Shown piece after piece: positions 1 to 8,609 of a stretch of DNA of 32,587 nucleotides (the first letter of the stretch is position 1; each line of letters opens with the position of its first letter). This DNA comes from Spirochaetales bacterium (GTDB lineage: Bacteria; Spirochaetota; Spirochaetia; Sphaerochaetales; Sphaerochaetaceae): the NCBI GenBank assembly GCA_022771185.1, contig JALFCJ010000236.1:1-32587 (forward strand), in the 5' to 3' direction. The position numbers and the translations under genes were made by a program. The notes under the pieces were generated by a model that had not been told where the DNA came from, did no database searches, and was given only the letters and a program-made list of their open reading frames with translations.

Positions 1-485
1 CTCGTTTTTAAGAAGAACGAGAGGAAGAGAACTACCAAAGCAACAAAGATCAAAGCTGTCACAAGCTTATAAGACTGGGAAAGGAACGTAGAAGAGAGCA
101 GGCTCTTCATCATTGTGAAGATTGTAGTGGTCTTATTCATATTCAATAGGGAAGAACCACCCATAATGGCGATGTTTATTGAATAAAGCCCTGTGTTTAC
201 AATTATTCCTGATAAAAGGCTGTCGATTCCCATTTTTGTCTGCAACAGAGATGTTATCAACCCCGATAATACTCCTGCACCCATGGCAGCAGGAATAGAC
301 AGAAGGGGATGCCCAGAGAGCGCTGTAACAGCACCAACGACTGCTCCTAAAGTGAAGCAGCCGTCAGTAGAGAGGTCACATACATTGAGCATGGAGTAGC
401 TTAAGAAGAGAGCCAATACAGTAAGGGAACTTATCAGGCCCAATTCAAGGGCGGTTGTTCCAAGTCCAATTATTGTTTCCAGCAT
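1..485 (-). CDS. ABC transporter permease (BPD_transp_2 / branched-chain-type), N-terminal part; the gene runs off the left edge
   Basis: Hand translation of the minus strand from the ATG at 485-483 gives MLETIIGLGTTALELGLISSLTVLALFLSYSMLNVCDLSTDGCFTLGAVVGAVTALSGHPLLSIPAAMGAGVLSGLITSLLQTKMGIDSLLSGIIVNTGLYSINIAIMGG... It is hydrophobic with no stop down to nt 1. It starts 9 nt after the stop of the binding-protein gene. It is absent from the ORF track because its stop lies outside the window. Confidence 0.6.
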   Translation of the reverse strand, partial: MLETIIGLGTTALELGLISSLTVLALFLSYSMLNVCDLSTDGCFTLGAVVGAVTALSGHPLLSIPAAMGAGVLSGLITSLLQTKMGIDSLLSGIIVNTGLYSINIAIMGGSSLLNMNKTTTIFTMMKSLLSSTFLSQSYKLVTALIFVALVVLFLSFFLKT

Positions 486-494
486 TTTATATCC

Positions 495-1526
495 TTATAG
501 TTCGCTGAAGCTTTCAGCTGTTGTAATTGCAGCAACCTTTGTGCAGTATGGAGCGAAAATAGATGAGAGATTATCAAAATCATATCCAAGCTCTGCTGCT
601 GTTTCAGTATTAATAGTAGCTGTACCATTGTCGAAAGTGCGGACAGGGGTAGAAGCAGGATCTTTTCCATCAATGAGGATCTCAGCAACCATCTTACCTG
701 TTTCTCTTCCAAGGTTAGCATAGTCTACACCATATCCAAGGAAAGCTCCATTGAGAGCGAATGAGTCTGCTCCTGTGAACTGAGGGATACCTGCAGCATT
801 GAAAATTTCATAGATTGAAAGCTCTGCCGTCATGATAGTGTTGTCACTAGGAGTAAAGACTGCATCGACCTTGTCTGCAACTAAAGCTTTTGAAGCAAGA
901 ATTACTTCATCAACTGTCGTTCCCATTCTCTCTGCATATGCAATACCCTTCTTTTCCAGATACTCTTTTGCTGTCTTGATGGCAGTTGTAGAAGAATCTT
1001 GTCCTGCATCATACAGTAAACCCACCTTATCTATTTCAGGATTAAGGGCAAAGATTAAGTTCATGACAGCAGTAGTATCCAAGAAGTCACTTGTTCCTGT
1101 AAGGTTTGCTCCAGGAGCGGAGAGTGATGATACGATTCCGGCAGCAAGTGGGTCGGAAACGGCTGCAAATACTACAGGTATATTATTGTCTTCTGTAGCA
1201 GCCTGCATAGCCATGGCCACAGGAGTTGCAACACCAACCATAAGATCCACGTCATCTGCGATGAAGTTAGCTATTATCTGGGCAAGAACATTTGCATCTG
1301 CGTTACAGTTGTCATATTTTATATCAAACTTTACACCCTTCTCGCTTTCGATTTCAGAAAGCTGGGACTGTATGTTTTCACAAATCTGATTTAAGGAAGC
1401 ATCATCTACAAAGTTACAGATTCCTACTTTGTATGTTTTTACACTTGATTCTTCCTTACTGCCATTGGCAAAGACGGAGACGAGGGCGAGAGAGACAATA
1501 AGAAGTATAGCGATGTATTTTTTCAT
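495..1526 (-). CDS. ABC transporter substrate-binding protein (ABC_sub_bind / PF04392-like), secreted
   Basis: 343-aa ORF. The signal peptide MKKYIAILLIVSLALVSVFANGSKEE has no lipobox Cys. The body matches my recollection of the PF04392 pattern (KVG...DDVDLMVGVATPVAMAMQ...IPVVFAAVSDPLAAGIV...GANLTGTSD...KVGLLYD...VDAVFTPSDNT...GYGVDYANLG). A permease gene follows immediately. Confidence 0.75.
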   Translation of the reverse strand: MKKYIAILLIVSLALVSVFANGSKEESSVKTYKVGICNFVDDASLNQICENIQSQLSEIESEKGVKFDIKYDNCNADANVLAQIIANFIADDVDLMVGVATPVAMAMQAATEDNNIPVVFAAVSDPLAAGIVSSLSAPGANLTGTSDFLDTTAVMNLIFALNPEIDKVGLLYDAGQDSSTTAIKTAKEYLEKKGIAYAERMGTTVDEVILASKALVADKVDAVFTPSDNTIMTAELSIYEIFNAAGIPQFTGADSFALNGAFLGYGVDYANLGRETGKMVAEILIDGKDPASTPVRTFDNGTATINTETAAELGYDFDNLSSIFAPYCTKVAAITTAESFSEL

Positions 1527-1636
1527 TTTTTTATTTCCTTATTATTAGAGATTTTTTCTGGATAATTTGTCACTCTTTAGGCGCCCCGCGCCAGAATCTA
1601 GTTGTTCTTTTCATATCCTTTTCCTTCATCGATGAA

Positions 1637-1673
1637 CCTATTGTTACTCTCTATAGTAACACTTGTCAATAGG
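1637..1673 (-). promoter_or_regulatory. Sigma70-like promoter embedded in a nested palindrome, upstream of the ABC transporter operon
   Basis: The minus strand reads CCTATTGACAAGTGTTACTATAGAGAGTAACAATAGG. TTGACA (1669-1664), a 17-nt spacer and TAACAAT (1646-1640) form the promoter. The outer arms CCTATTG/CAATAGG and inner arms GTTACT/AGTAAC form a nested inverted repeat that overlaps both promoter boxes. Confidence 0.45.
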
Positions 1674-1706
1674 TTTTAGAAAGAAAATTACTATTTATAG
1701 AAACAT

Positions 1707-3017
1707 TTATTTTTCCCCGTACAATCTCCCTATACTCTTCTTCACTTCATAAAAGACCCTGTCTTTGTCGATAGTCTTAAATTCTCCCTTCTCATATAGA
1801 ATCTTTCCATCCACCATTGTCATACACACATCGCTTCCTTGTGCTGAATAAACCAACAGGGCTTCAGGATTGAGGTTTGGTGTAAGGTGAGGCTTATTTA
1901 CGTCAAAGGCTACTATGTCAGCCTTCTTTCCTACTTCCAAACTACCTGTATCTTCCCTTCCCTGGGCTTTCGCTCCATTGATTGTGGCCATCCTCAGTAC
2001 AGTGTTTGGATTCATGACTGTAGGATCTCCCAATCTGCCATTATGGATAATGGATGCAAGGTGAATCTCTTCCATGAAATTCAAATTATTATTGCTGGCA
2101 GCTCCATCTGTGCCCAAGGCGACATTAACGCCCTTCTTGATCATCTCGGGAATAGGAGCAAATCCACTTCCAAGCTTTAAGTTGGATGTAGGGTTATGAA
2201 CAACAGTAACACCTTTCTCGTTTAGAATGTCTATATCGGTATCTTCCACCCAAACGCAGTGTGCTGCAAGCGTAGGGTTTTCAAAGCACCCCAAGTCATT
2301 AAACCACTCTGTGGGAGTCTTCCCATACTTCTCTATACATTCCAAGTGCTCTTTTTTTGTCTCGGAAAGGTGGATCTGCATCTTCAAACCTTTCTTTAGA
2401 CAATCCTCGCTATATCTTCTGACAACCAGCGGCTTACATGTATACTCTGCGTGTATTGCATAATCGACTTTAAGTCTCTCGGAGTAGGAATTATGGAAAG
2501 CTGAGACCAAGTCCTCTGTTTCTTTTACTCTGTAGTATGAGTCATAGTCGCTGTCGTCCATCTCCTGAAAAGCCTGCATTACACGAGAGAAGTTCGCCTT
2601 AATACCGCTTTTTCCTATGGTATCTGCAACAGCCCAAGGCATAAGGTACATATCAGTGAAACTTGTAGTGCCAGAAGCAAGCATCTCCATAATAGAGAGA
2701 TCCATTCCACACCTTAAGTCCTCTTCATTCATTCTGTCTTCTATAGGCCACATTACATGTAGCCAATCCTGCAAAGGTAGATCACTTCCTACACCACGCA
2801 GTAGTGTCATGGCCGAGTGACCATGGCAGTTTACGAAGCCTGGGGTGAGAATCAAGCCTGAGCAATCTTTCTCTTCATCATACTTCTTCTTTGGCTCTTC
2901 TTTCCCAATATAGTCGATTCTTTCTCCATCGACAGCCAAATACCCGTTTTCGATAAACTCAAACTCATTGTTTTTTGTCGCAAGTATCCCTGCATTTTTA
3001 AATAATATAGATGACAT
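1707..3017 (-). CDS. mtaD: 5'-methylthioadenosine / S-adenosylhomocysteine deaminase (amidohydrolase superfamily)
   Basis: 436-aa ORF with the metal-binding HxH motif in NCHGHSAMTLLRGVGSDLPLQDWL, plus HLSETKKE, AHCVW and the GTDGAASNNNLN motif typical of MtaD/TRZ-ATZ amidohydrolases. Confidence 0.75.
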   Translation of the reverse strand: MSSILFKNAGILATKNNEFEFIENGYLAVDGERIDYIGKEEPKKKYDEEKDCSGLILTPGFVNCHGHSAMTLLRGVGSDLPLQDWLHVMWPIEDRMNEEDLRCGMDLSIMEMLASGTTSFTDMYLMPWAVADTIGKSGIKANFSRVMQAFQEMDDSDYDSYYRVKETEDLVSAFHNSYSERLKVDYAIHAEYTCKPLVVRRYSEDCLKKGLKMQIHLSETKKEHLECIEKYGKTPTEWFNDLGCFENPTLAAHCVWVEDTDIDILNEKGVTVVHNPTSNLKLGSGFAPIPEMIKKGVNVALGTDGAASNNNLNFMEEIHLASIIHNGRLGDPTVMNPNTVLRMATINGAKAQGREDTGSLEVGKKADIVAFDVNKPHLTPNLNPEALLVYSAQGSDVCMTMVDGKILYEKGEFKTIDKDRVFYEVKKSIGRLYGEK

Positions 3018-3088
3018 AGCTCTAGATTTTATCAGTAGTAGTCTTTGGTAACAACTAGAGTTTATATAGAATATAGACGAGGAAGAAG

Positions 3089-4141
3089 ATGAAAAGAGAA
3101 GACCATGACCTTGCCTTTATGCTCAGATACGAAAACATAGCATCCTATGAAGATGGAATCGTAAGAATCCTTGATAGGCGTGTTTATCCCAATACTGTTA
3201 GATTTGAAATATGCCATAGCGTTATGGAAGTAAGAGATGCCATAAGGAACATGGTCACTCAATCTGCTGGTCCATATACAGCTGTAGGCATGGGAATGGC
3301 TCTGGCGGCAAGGGAATGCAGAACTCTTGATGAAGAAGAAACTATAAAGCATTTAAAGGAAGCTTCCTTTCTTCTGTCTACAGCCCGCCCCACTACACAA
3401 AAGAGATACGCTTCCATTACTGAAAGCTGTATTCCTATAGTGCTGAAAGCTAAAAGAGAAGGGAAAAGCTTAGAAGATGCAGTAAGAGACCACGTTTACT
3501 CCCTCAATGACAAGCGTTATGAAAAAATATGTAAAATCTCAAAGTATCTATCTTCACAAATCCCTGACAACGGATCTGTAATGACTCAATGCTTTGGAGA
3601 AACCATAATCGGAATGATGGCAAGAACTCTCAGGGAAGAAGGGAAAAACGTCAGATTCTTCTGTCCTGAAACCAGACCATACTTCCAAGGAGCAAGGCTT
3701 ACATCCACAGTACTTTCTGAAATGGGCTTCGATACTACAGTAATAACAGACAACATGCCTGCCTTTGTAATGAAAAACGAAAATATCGATGTCTTTACTT
3801 CAGCCGCCGATGCAATAACTATGGATGGATATGTGGTCAACAAAGTGGGGACTCTTGGTATAGCAATATGTGCTAGATACTTCGGTGTAAAAACATATGT
3901 AACAGGCGATCCTGATAAATTCCATGAATCAATAGATGATGTGAAAATTGAAATGAGAGACCCAAAGTTCTCTCTTGAAGCCATGGGAATCAGGACAGCC
4001 CCCGGCGGTGTCAAAGGCTACTACCCTGCCTTTGATATTACACCTCCGTCCCTTATAGACGGAATTGTAACAGATATGGGTATATACAACCCTCTCAACC
4101 TAAACTCATACTTTTCAGACGGAGGAGAAGGCGAATATTGA
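3089..4141 (+). CDS. eIF-2B alpha/beta/delta-family sugar-phosphate isomerase (MtnA-like, divergent)
   Basis: 350-aa ORF with a GAGGAAG RBS before the ATG. Family-like segments are ILDRRVYPNTV, AIRNMVTQSAGPYTAVGMGMALAA, VMTQCFGETI and SAADAITMDGYVVNKVGTLGIAICARYFGVKTYV. The canonical MtnA motifs (RGAPAIG, THCNTG, GADRIAANGD) are only loosely kept. Confidence 0.6.
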   Translation: MKREDHDLAFMLRYENIASYEDGIVRILDRRVYPNTVRFEICHSVMEVRDAIRNMVTQSAGPYTAVGMGMALAARECRTLDEEETIKHLKEASFLLSTARPTTQKRYASITESCIPIVLKAKREGKSLEDAVRDHVYSLNDKRYEKICKISKYLSSQIPDNGSVMTQCFGETIIGMMARTLREEGKNVRFFCPETRPYFQGARLTSTVLSEMGFDTTVITDNMPAFVMKNENIDVFTSAADAITMDGYVVNKVGTLGIAICARYFGVKTYVTGDPDKFHESIDDVKIEMRDPKFSLEAMGIRTAPGGVKGYYPAFDITPPSLIDGIVTDMGIYNPLNLNSYFSDGGEGEY

Positions 4142-4174
4142 ACGAGAAGAAGAAAAGCATTATGGTAAAGACAT

Positions 4175-4246
4175 GGGTCTATAGCTTAATGGACAAAGCG
4201 TATCCCTCCGGAGGATAATATCCGGGTTCGATTCCCAGTGGACCTA
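4175..4246 (+). tRNA. tRNA-Arg (anticodon CCG)
   Basis: Manual cloverleaf: acceptor GGGTCTA/TGGACCT (two G-U pairs), D arm GCTT-AATGGACA-AAGC, anticodon arm TATCC-CTCCGGA-GGATA (CCG at 4208-4210, with U33 and a purine at position 37), 4-nt variable loop, T arm CCGGG-TTCGATT-CCCAG (one C-A mismatch), discriminator A. No CCA is encoded. Confidence 0.9.
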
Positions 4247-4514
4247 TATTAGCCAGGCTTTGAGAAGCCAAGTTCCGTTTTACAAACGAATCTTTAATGC
4301 ACATACTGTCTCAGGTGCAATCTTTAACTTATTTGGTGACAAAAGAATAATTGTCATTTATGTTTCTTACAAGTTTTGGGCTATAAAACAGTAGAGCATA
4401 ATTTTCTTTTTTTTATCACTTTTTGGATCTAATACTCATTAATAGAGGTAAAGAAAGCAAGAATGACAAAAAGAAATACTACACGCCAAATTGTCTACAA
4501 CTCTGTCCCCTTTC

Positions 4515-4552
4515 ATTCAAAAGAAAGAGCCCATCAGTTTCATCTGATGAGC
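4515..4552 (-). terminator. Rho-independent terminator of the ribokinase-ending operon
   Basis: The minus strand reads GGCTCATCAG-ATGAAA-CTGATGGGC followed by TCTTTCTTTT. This is a 9-bp stem with one mismatch, about 25 nt after the rbsK stop. Confidence 0.7.
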
Positions 4553-4576
4553 CTACCTTATTTTATAGTTTTTCTT

Positions 4577-5476
4577 TTACTTAAAGACTTCTTTTCCTTC
4601 AGGAACACTACCTGCCGCTCCCTTTCTTGTTACAGTGATAGAAGAAGCGATGGTAGCATATTTCATTGCATCTTCTGTGTCATATCCCATCTCTCTTGAA
4701 GCGATGAAGTAACCGATGAAAGTATCGCCAGCGGCAGTAGTGTCCACAGCATCTACGACTCTTGCTTTCTCAAAGATTCGTTTATCTCCTTTTTGCCAAT
4801 AAGAACCATTCTTGCCGCAGGTCATAATCACTTCGTTATCTCTATACTTATCTTTCAATGCATCGAGAATCTCTTCATACGTTGCATCATCTCCCTTTCC
4901 AGCTACTCCTGCTCCTTCGATTTCATTTACTACCAGTAAGTTTACATTCTCCAAAGGAAGAGAGAATACAGACTCATCAAATGGTGCTGGGTTAAAGACT
5001 ACATACATACCCTTTTCGCTTGCTTTCTTAATTATTTCAGAGAGTCCGTTAATCTCATTCTGGAGCACAATAGTATCGCCTGTAGAGAAAGAAGCGAGGA
5101 CGCAGTCTATTAATGTTTCATCAATAGCTCTGTTGGCTCCTGCAAAAAGAATGATTGAGTTCTGACCGTCACGACTTCTTTCAATAATTGCGTTTCCAGT
5201 AGGAACATCTAATCTCTTAACATTATCTACATTCACACCAAAGGAAGAGAGAGTATCGATGAGCATATCCCCATCCTCTCCTACGCATCCTGCCATATAG
5301 ACATCCAGCCCTGTCTTAGATATTGCGCAAGCTTGGTTAAGCCCCTTCCCTCCTGCATTCTTCTCAATAGAAGAACTAAGGATAGTCTCCCCAGGCCTGA
5401 CGATATGATCTAAGGAGTATACGATATCAATATTCAATGAACCAAAAACAAGGATCTTCTTCATTGTTATACCCAC
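4577..5476 (-). CDS. rbsK: Ribokinase (PfkB family)
   Basis: 299-aa ORF with GSLNIDIV, NAGGKGLNQA (the PfkB signature 1 region) and DTTAAGDTFIGYF (signature 2 / the anion hole). It is the last gene of the operon. Confidence 0.85.
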   Translation of the reverse strand: MGITMKKILVFGSLNIDIVYSLDHIVRPGETILSSSIEKNAGGKGLNQACAISKTGLDVYMAGCVGEDGDMLIDTLSSFGVNVDNVKRLDVPTGNAIIERSRDGQNSIILFAGANRAIDETLIDCVLASFSTGDTIVLQNEINGLSEIIKKASEKGMYVVFNPAPFDESVFSLPLENVNLLVVNEIEGAGVAGKGDDATYEEILDALKDKYRDNEVIMTCGKNGSYWQKGDKRIFEKARVVDAVDTTAAGDTFIGYFIASREMGYDTEDAMKYATIASSITVTRKGAAGSVPEGKEVFK

Positions 5477-6468
5477 TATACTATGAGGTTACCTAAAGCT
5501 TCTCCGACTTGGAAGATATCAAGTCCTTTTGTAAACTGAAGGCATGTTCCACTAGGATACCTTACTTTATTCGCCCATTTTTCAGGAATAGATTTTAATC
5601 CATACTTGGCGCCTAAGATAGAACCACAGACAGCCCCAATAGTATCGGCATCACGAGCAAAGTTGCCTGCAATTACAACGCCGTCCCTGAAATTATTATG
5701 GGAAAGCTTAAGTGCACAATATGCACTTGGAATTGCTTCTGCAGTAGTTGCCCAAGTGGATGCACGTAATAAATCATGAATAGGCATCCAACAGTCAAAT
5801 AGAGAACCGTTTACACTGTCGATAATCTTAAAAGCTTCTGTCAGGTTATAATAAAGCCAGCTGTCAGTAGGGATAGGAAGGAGAGCTGCTTCCATAATCT
5901 CGTCAAAAGAACCATCCACCATTGCAACAGATACTGCTGCGGCAACAGACTGGGCTCCCCATATTCCTTCTTCATAGTGGCTTATTGAAGCATCGATTTC
6001 CGCCATCTTTATGGCCCTCTCAGGATCTCCAGCCGCAACAATGCCTACAGGAGGGATTCTCATGGCTGTACCGTCACTCATAAAGAAGGTGTTAAACTTA
6101 CCAGACTCTGGTGGTCTGAGACCTCGTCTCAAGTTATCTGCAGCAGCCTTCTCGCTGGCCCCTCCTCTCTTATACTCATCCTGGACACAAACATCTTCCA
6201 TCCAAGCATCTACAACGTCTTTTGTCGTAAGGTTTCCTTTGCACTTAAGTAAAGTCTTTGCCGTCAAAAGGGCAAATTCAGTGTCGTCAGTACTCCAAGA
6301 GGCTCCTGAGTTAAAATCTGTAGTAATACCATAGTTTACTCTATTATCTTGAAGGCGGCATGCATCACCAAAAGAATCTCCAATGGCAAGGCCTACCAAT
6401 GCCCCCACCGCCTTGTCTTTTACCAATTCTCTGTTTTTTGCAAGTTCACTTCTGGTCATCATAATCAC
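5476..6468 (-). CDS. ADP-ribosylglycohydrolase (ARH/DraG) family protein
   Basis: 330-aa ORF with GALVGLAIGDSFGD, STDDTEFAL and ARDADTIGAVCGSILGAKYG (the ARH family metal-ligand regions). Its start overlaps the upstream stop by 4 nt, and its stop shares 1 nt with the rbsK start. Confidence 0.8.
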   Translation of the reverse strand: MIMMTRSELAKNRELVKDKAVGALVGLAIGDSFGDACRLQDNRVNYGITTDFNSGASWSTDDTEFALLTAKTLLKCKGNLTTKDVVDAWMEDVCVQDEYKRGGASEKAAADNLRRGLRPPESGKFNTFFMSDGTAMRIPPVGIVAAGDPERAIKMAEIDASISHYEEGIWGAQSVAAAVSVAMVDGSFDEIMEAALLPIPTDSWLYYNLTEAFKIIDSVNGSLFDCWMPIHDLLRASTWATTAEAIPSAYCALKLSHNNFRDGVVIAGNFARDADTIGAVCGSILGAKYGLKSIPEKWANKVRYPSGTCLQFTKGLDIFQVGEALGNLIV

Positions 6469-8558
6469 ATCTCCTTGATCTTCATATTACAGAAAGCCCT
6501 TCTTCCTCCGGAAAACTCTCCATATCCAACCATTCCGTATTTATATTCATCGTCTTTTACTGTCAACTGCTTCTCATTATCGACGGAAAGAGTAATTTCG
6601 TCTCCAATTACAGATAAAGTAAGACCATATTCTCTTCCATATTCCCAATTGGCTTTTTTATGAGCAATTACTGTTTTCTTTCCATGTCTCTTCTTTATTA
6701 TTGAGAAACCATCTTCGTCTATTCCCCCATAATACCCACGCCGAGCACCTTGGATTCTAGCACCAACTAAATGACTTTCTCCTCTATATGGAACAACTCC
6801 GCCCTCTACTGTCACATCAGAGGTAAAGTAGTTTCCTGTATAAGCTTCAGCTCCGCTGAGGCTCATTTCCTCCATTCTTCCATCTACAATTTCCCATGCA
6901 CCATGATCATGGCTGAAAGGTAAGACTGATGCAAACTCTTTCGTAGAACGAGAGAAGTCTATAGAGTATTCGCTCTTTCCGCTAATGGAGAATGAGGAGA
7001 TGTAAAGTACTCCGAAGTCTCTGAATTTAGAAGGACTGTTGGACTCCAGAACTATTCCCACCTCCTCAGGGAAAGAACCATTTAATTGAGGAACAGTAAA
7101 TGAAATAGTGTGCCAGTCTTCATCTTTATATATTGATCCACCTAGATATATGATCTCTTTTGTAAAAGTATCTTTTACATATGGAGATATAATCATACCT
7201 TCTCCATTAAAGCGCTCAAAACGGAAAGTAATCTCTACATTTTCTCCAGGATATACTGTAGGCGAGAACACAGGCATATATCTTTCATCATCAAAGTCCT
7301 CACGTCTCCAAAAGCTCTTATAGTAGATTCTGCTTTTCTGCCCTCTTACCATTCTGTCAAAAAGAATTTCCAAAGCTCCGCTGGAATCAACACCTTTTCC
7401 CTCTACATGGTGCATTTTCGTTAGAATACTATCGGAGAGTCTCAAACCATGTGTACTTCCTGGTAGGGAAAAATCAAAGGAGGGATGCCTTTCGTCTATA
7501 TTTAGATTATCAGAAGGAATAATACCCATATTTATCATGGCAAAAGCAGTCAACTTCTTTGCATATGTAGGGATATCGAGGACATTGAGATATCCTGAGA
7601 CTCCAGAAAGCACGATCATATCGTTAATGGGTGCCCTATATCCCTCTCCTAAGCCATCCAATCCATCCATTACGCCAAGTATAGTCCCCACATTTCCTGC
7701 GTTGCAGTCAGTATCCCAGCCAGCCATGGTTGCGATTTCTATGCCCCGCTTAAAGTGTCTTCCATATAATAGCGACATCACTACGACACCGGCATTTGGA
7801 ATAATGTGACAAACACCTTTATATTTATCATAACCCCACTCACTCTGAAGCATACTGAGACAGGCTCTCCAAGAATCAGGGTTTTCTTTATGAAATGATA
7901 TTACCGCCTCTGCAACCTTTTTATATATTGAACCATCAGATACAAAAGAAAGAGCTACATCAACTATTCTTTCTATATCATTTGAAACAAAGGCTTCAGC
8001 TATTGCAGCAGATACAAATGCAGCTCCTTCAAGCCCCTCCCCATCATGGGACACGGAGGCCGCTATCTTTGCACTCTCTGCAGCAGCCTTTGGATTTCCA
8101 GGATTAATTAAGCCCCAAGTATCAACAAAAATCTGACCTCCGATCTGCTCGGATAATACTTTTCCATTGGTTATTTCAGATCCGGAAAGAGGAGCCGGAA
8201 CACCATTCTTCAGATTCAGATATGCTGTGTGTTCAGTGCTTACACCATATCCTCCCCACCAGAACATTCCTATTCCTTCCCTGGCATAATTAAGCCAAGC
8301 TTCTGCAACATCACCAGCTGTAAGAGGCACACCTTCTTCTTTATCATCTAGAGAACGAAGAAAGAATACGGGTCCGTTTGCATCATCGTCGGCGGCAAAA
8401 TTTCTAAAAGGTTTGACATATGAAGTAATGTCACCATAAAACCTTTCAATTCTTTCACTACTCCAGACTGTAGGTTCCACGGGAGCACCCAACCTTATTC
8501 CGGCGTTCATGCCAATAAACCCAGCATATATTCTTTCCAATACTTCTCTTTCTTTCAT
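6465..8558 (-). CDS. ADP-ribosylglycohydrolase-family domain fused to about 340 aa of C-terminal beta-rich modules
   Basis: 697-aa ORF. The N-terminal ~350 aa are ARH-like (GFIGMNAGIRLGAPVE, DDDANG, GWDTDCNAGNVGTILG). The C-terminal half is rich in beta-strand-like segments and ends in GMVGYGEFSGGRRAFCNMKI, which resembles lectin/glucanase-type or DUF1080-like folds. The fold assignment is not verified. Confidence 0.7.
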   Translation of the reverse strand: MKEREVLERIYAGFIGMNAGIRLGAPVEPTVWSSERIERFYGDITSYVKPFRNFAADDDANGPVFFLRSLDDKEEGVPLTAGDVAEAWLNYAREGIGMFWWGGYGVSTEHTAYLNLKNGVPAPLSGSEITNGKVLSEQIGGQIFVDTWGLINPGNPKAAAESAKIAASVSHDGEGLEGAAFVSAAIAEAFVSNDIERIVDVALSFVSDGSIYKKVAEAVISFHKENPDSWRACLSMLQSEWGYDKYKGVCHIIPNAGVVVMSLLYGRHFKRGIEIATMAGWDTDCNAGNVGTILGVMDGLDGLGEGYRAPINDMIVLSGVSGYLNVLDIPTYAKKLTAFAMINMGIIPSDNLNIDERHPSFDFSLPGSTHGLRLSDSILTKMHHVEGKGVDSSGALEILFDRMVRGQKSRIYYKSFWRREDFDDERYMPVFSPTVYPGENVEITFRFERFNGEGMIISPYVKDTFTKEIIYLGGSIYKDEDWHTISFTVPQLNGSFPEEVGIVLESNSPSKFRDFGVLYISSFSISGKSEYSIDFSRSTKEFASVLPFSHDHGAWEIVDGRMEEMSLSGAEAYTGNYFTSDVTVEGGVVPYRGESHLVGARIQGARRGYYGGIDEDGFSIIKKRHGKKTVIAHKKANWEYGREYGLTLSVIGDEITLSVDNEKQLTVKDDEYKYGMVGYGEFSGGRRAFCNMKIKEM

Positions 8559-8572
8559 CTTTAGTCTCCATT

Positions 8573-8598
8573 CTCCTCCCCCAAAAAAGGGGAAGGAG
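8573..8598 (-). promoter_or_regulatory. Intercistronic stem-loop between the binding-protein gene and the ARH genes
   Basis: The minus strand reads CTCCTTCCCC-TTTTTT-GGGGGAGGAG, a 10-bp stem with one G-U pair. No U-tract follows it. The 3' arm overlaps the GGAGG-type RBS region of the 6465-8558 gene. Confidence 0.5.
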
Positions 8599-8609
8599 AT
8601 AGATTTTGT

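Noticed and set aside
832-1389. 185-aa plus-strand ORF, together with 541-723, 1292-1501 and 470-721
   Set aside because: These lie entirely antisense to, or out of frame within, the well-supported 343-aa binding-protein gene. Their composition is low-complexity and Ser/Ala/Thr-rich, as expected for shadow ORFs.
4175-4576. tRNA-Arg as the integration site of the adjacent catabolic operon (a genomic island)
   Set aside because: There is no integrase, no direct repeat of the tRNA 3' end in the window and no obvious compositional break. The adjacency is probably ordinary.
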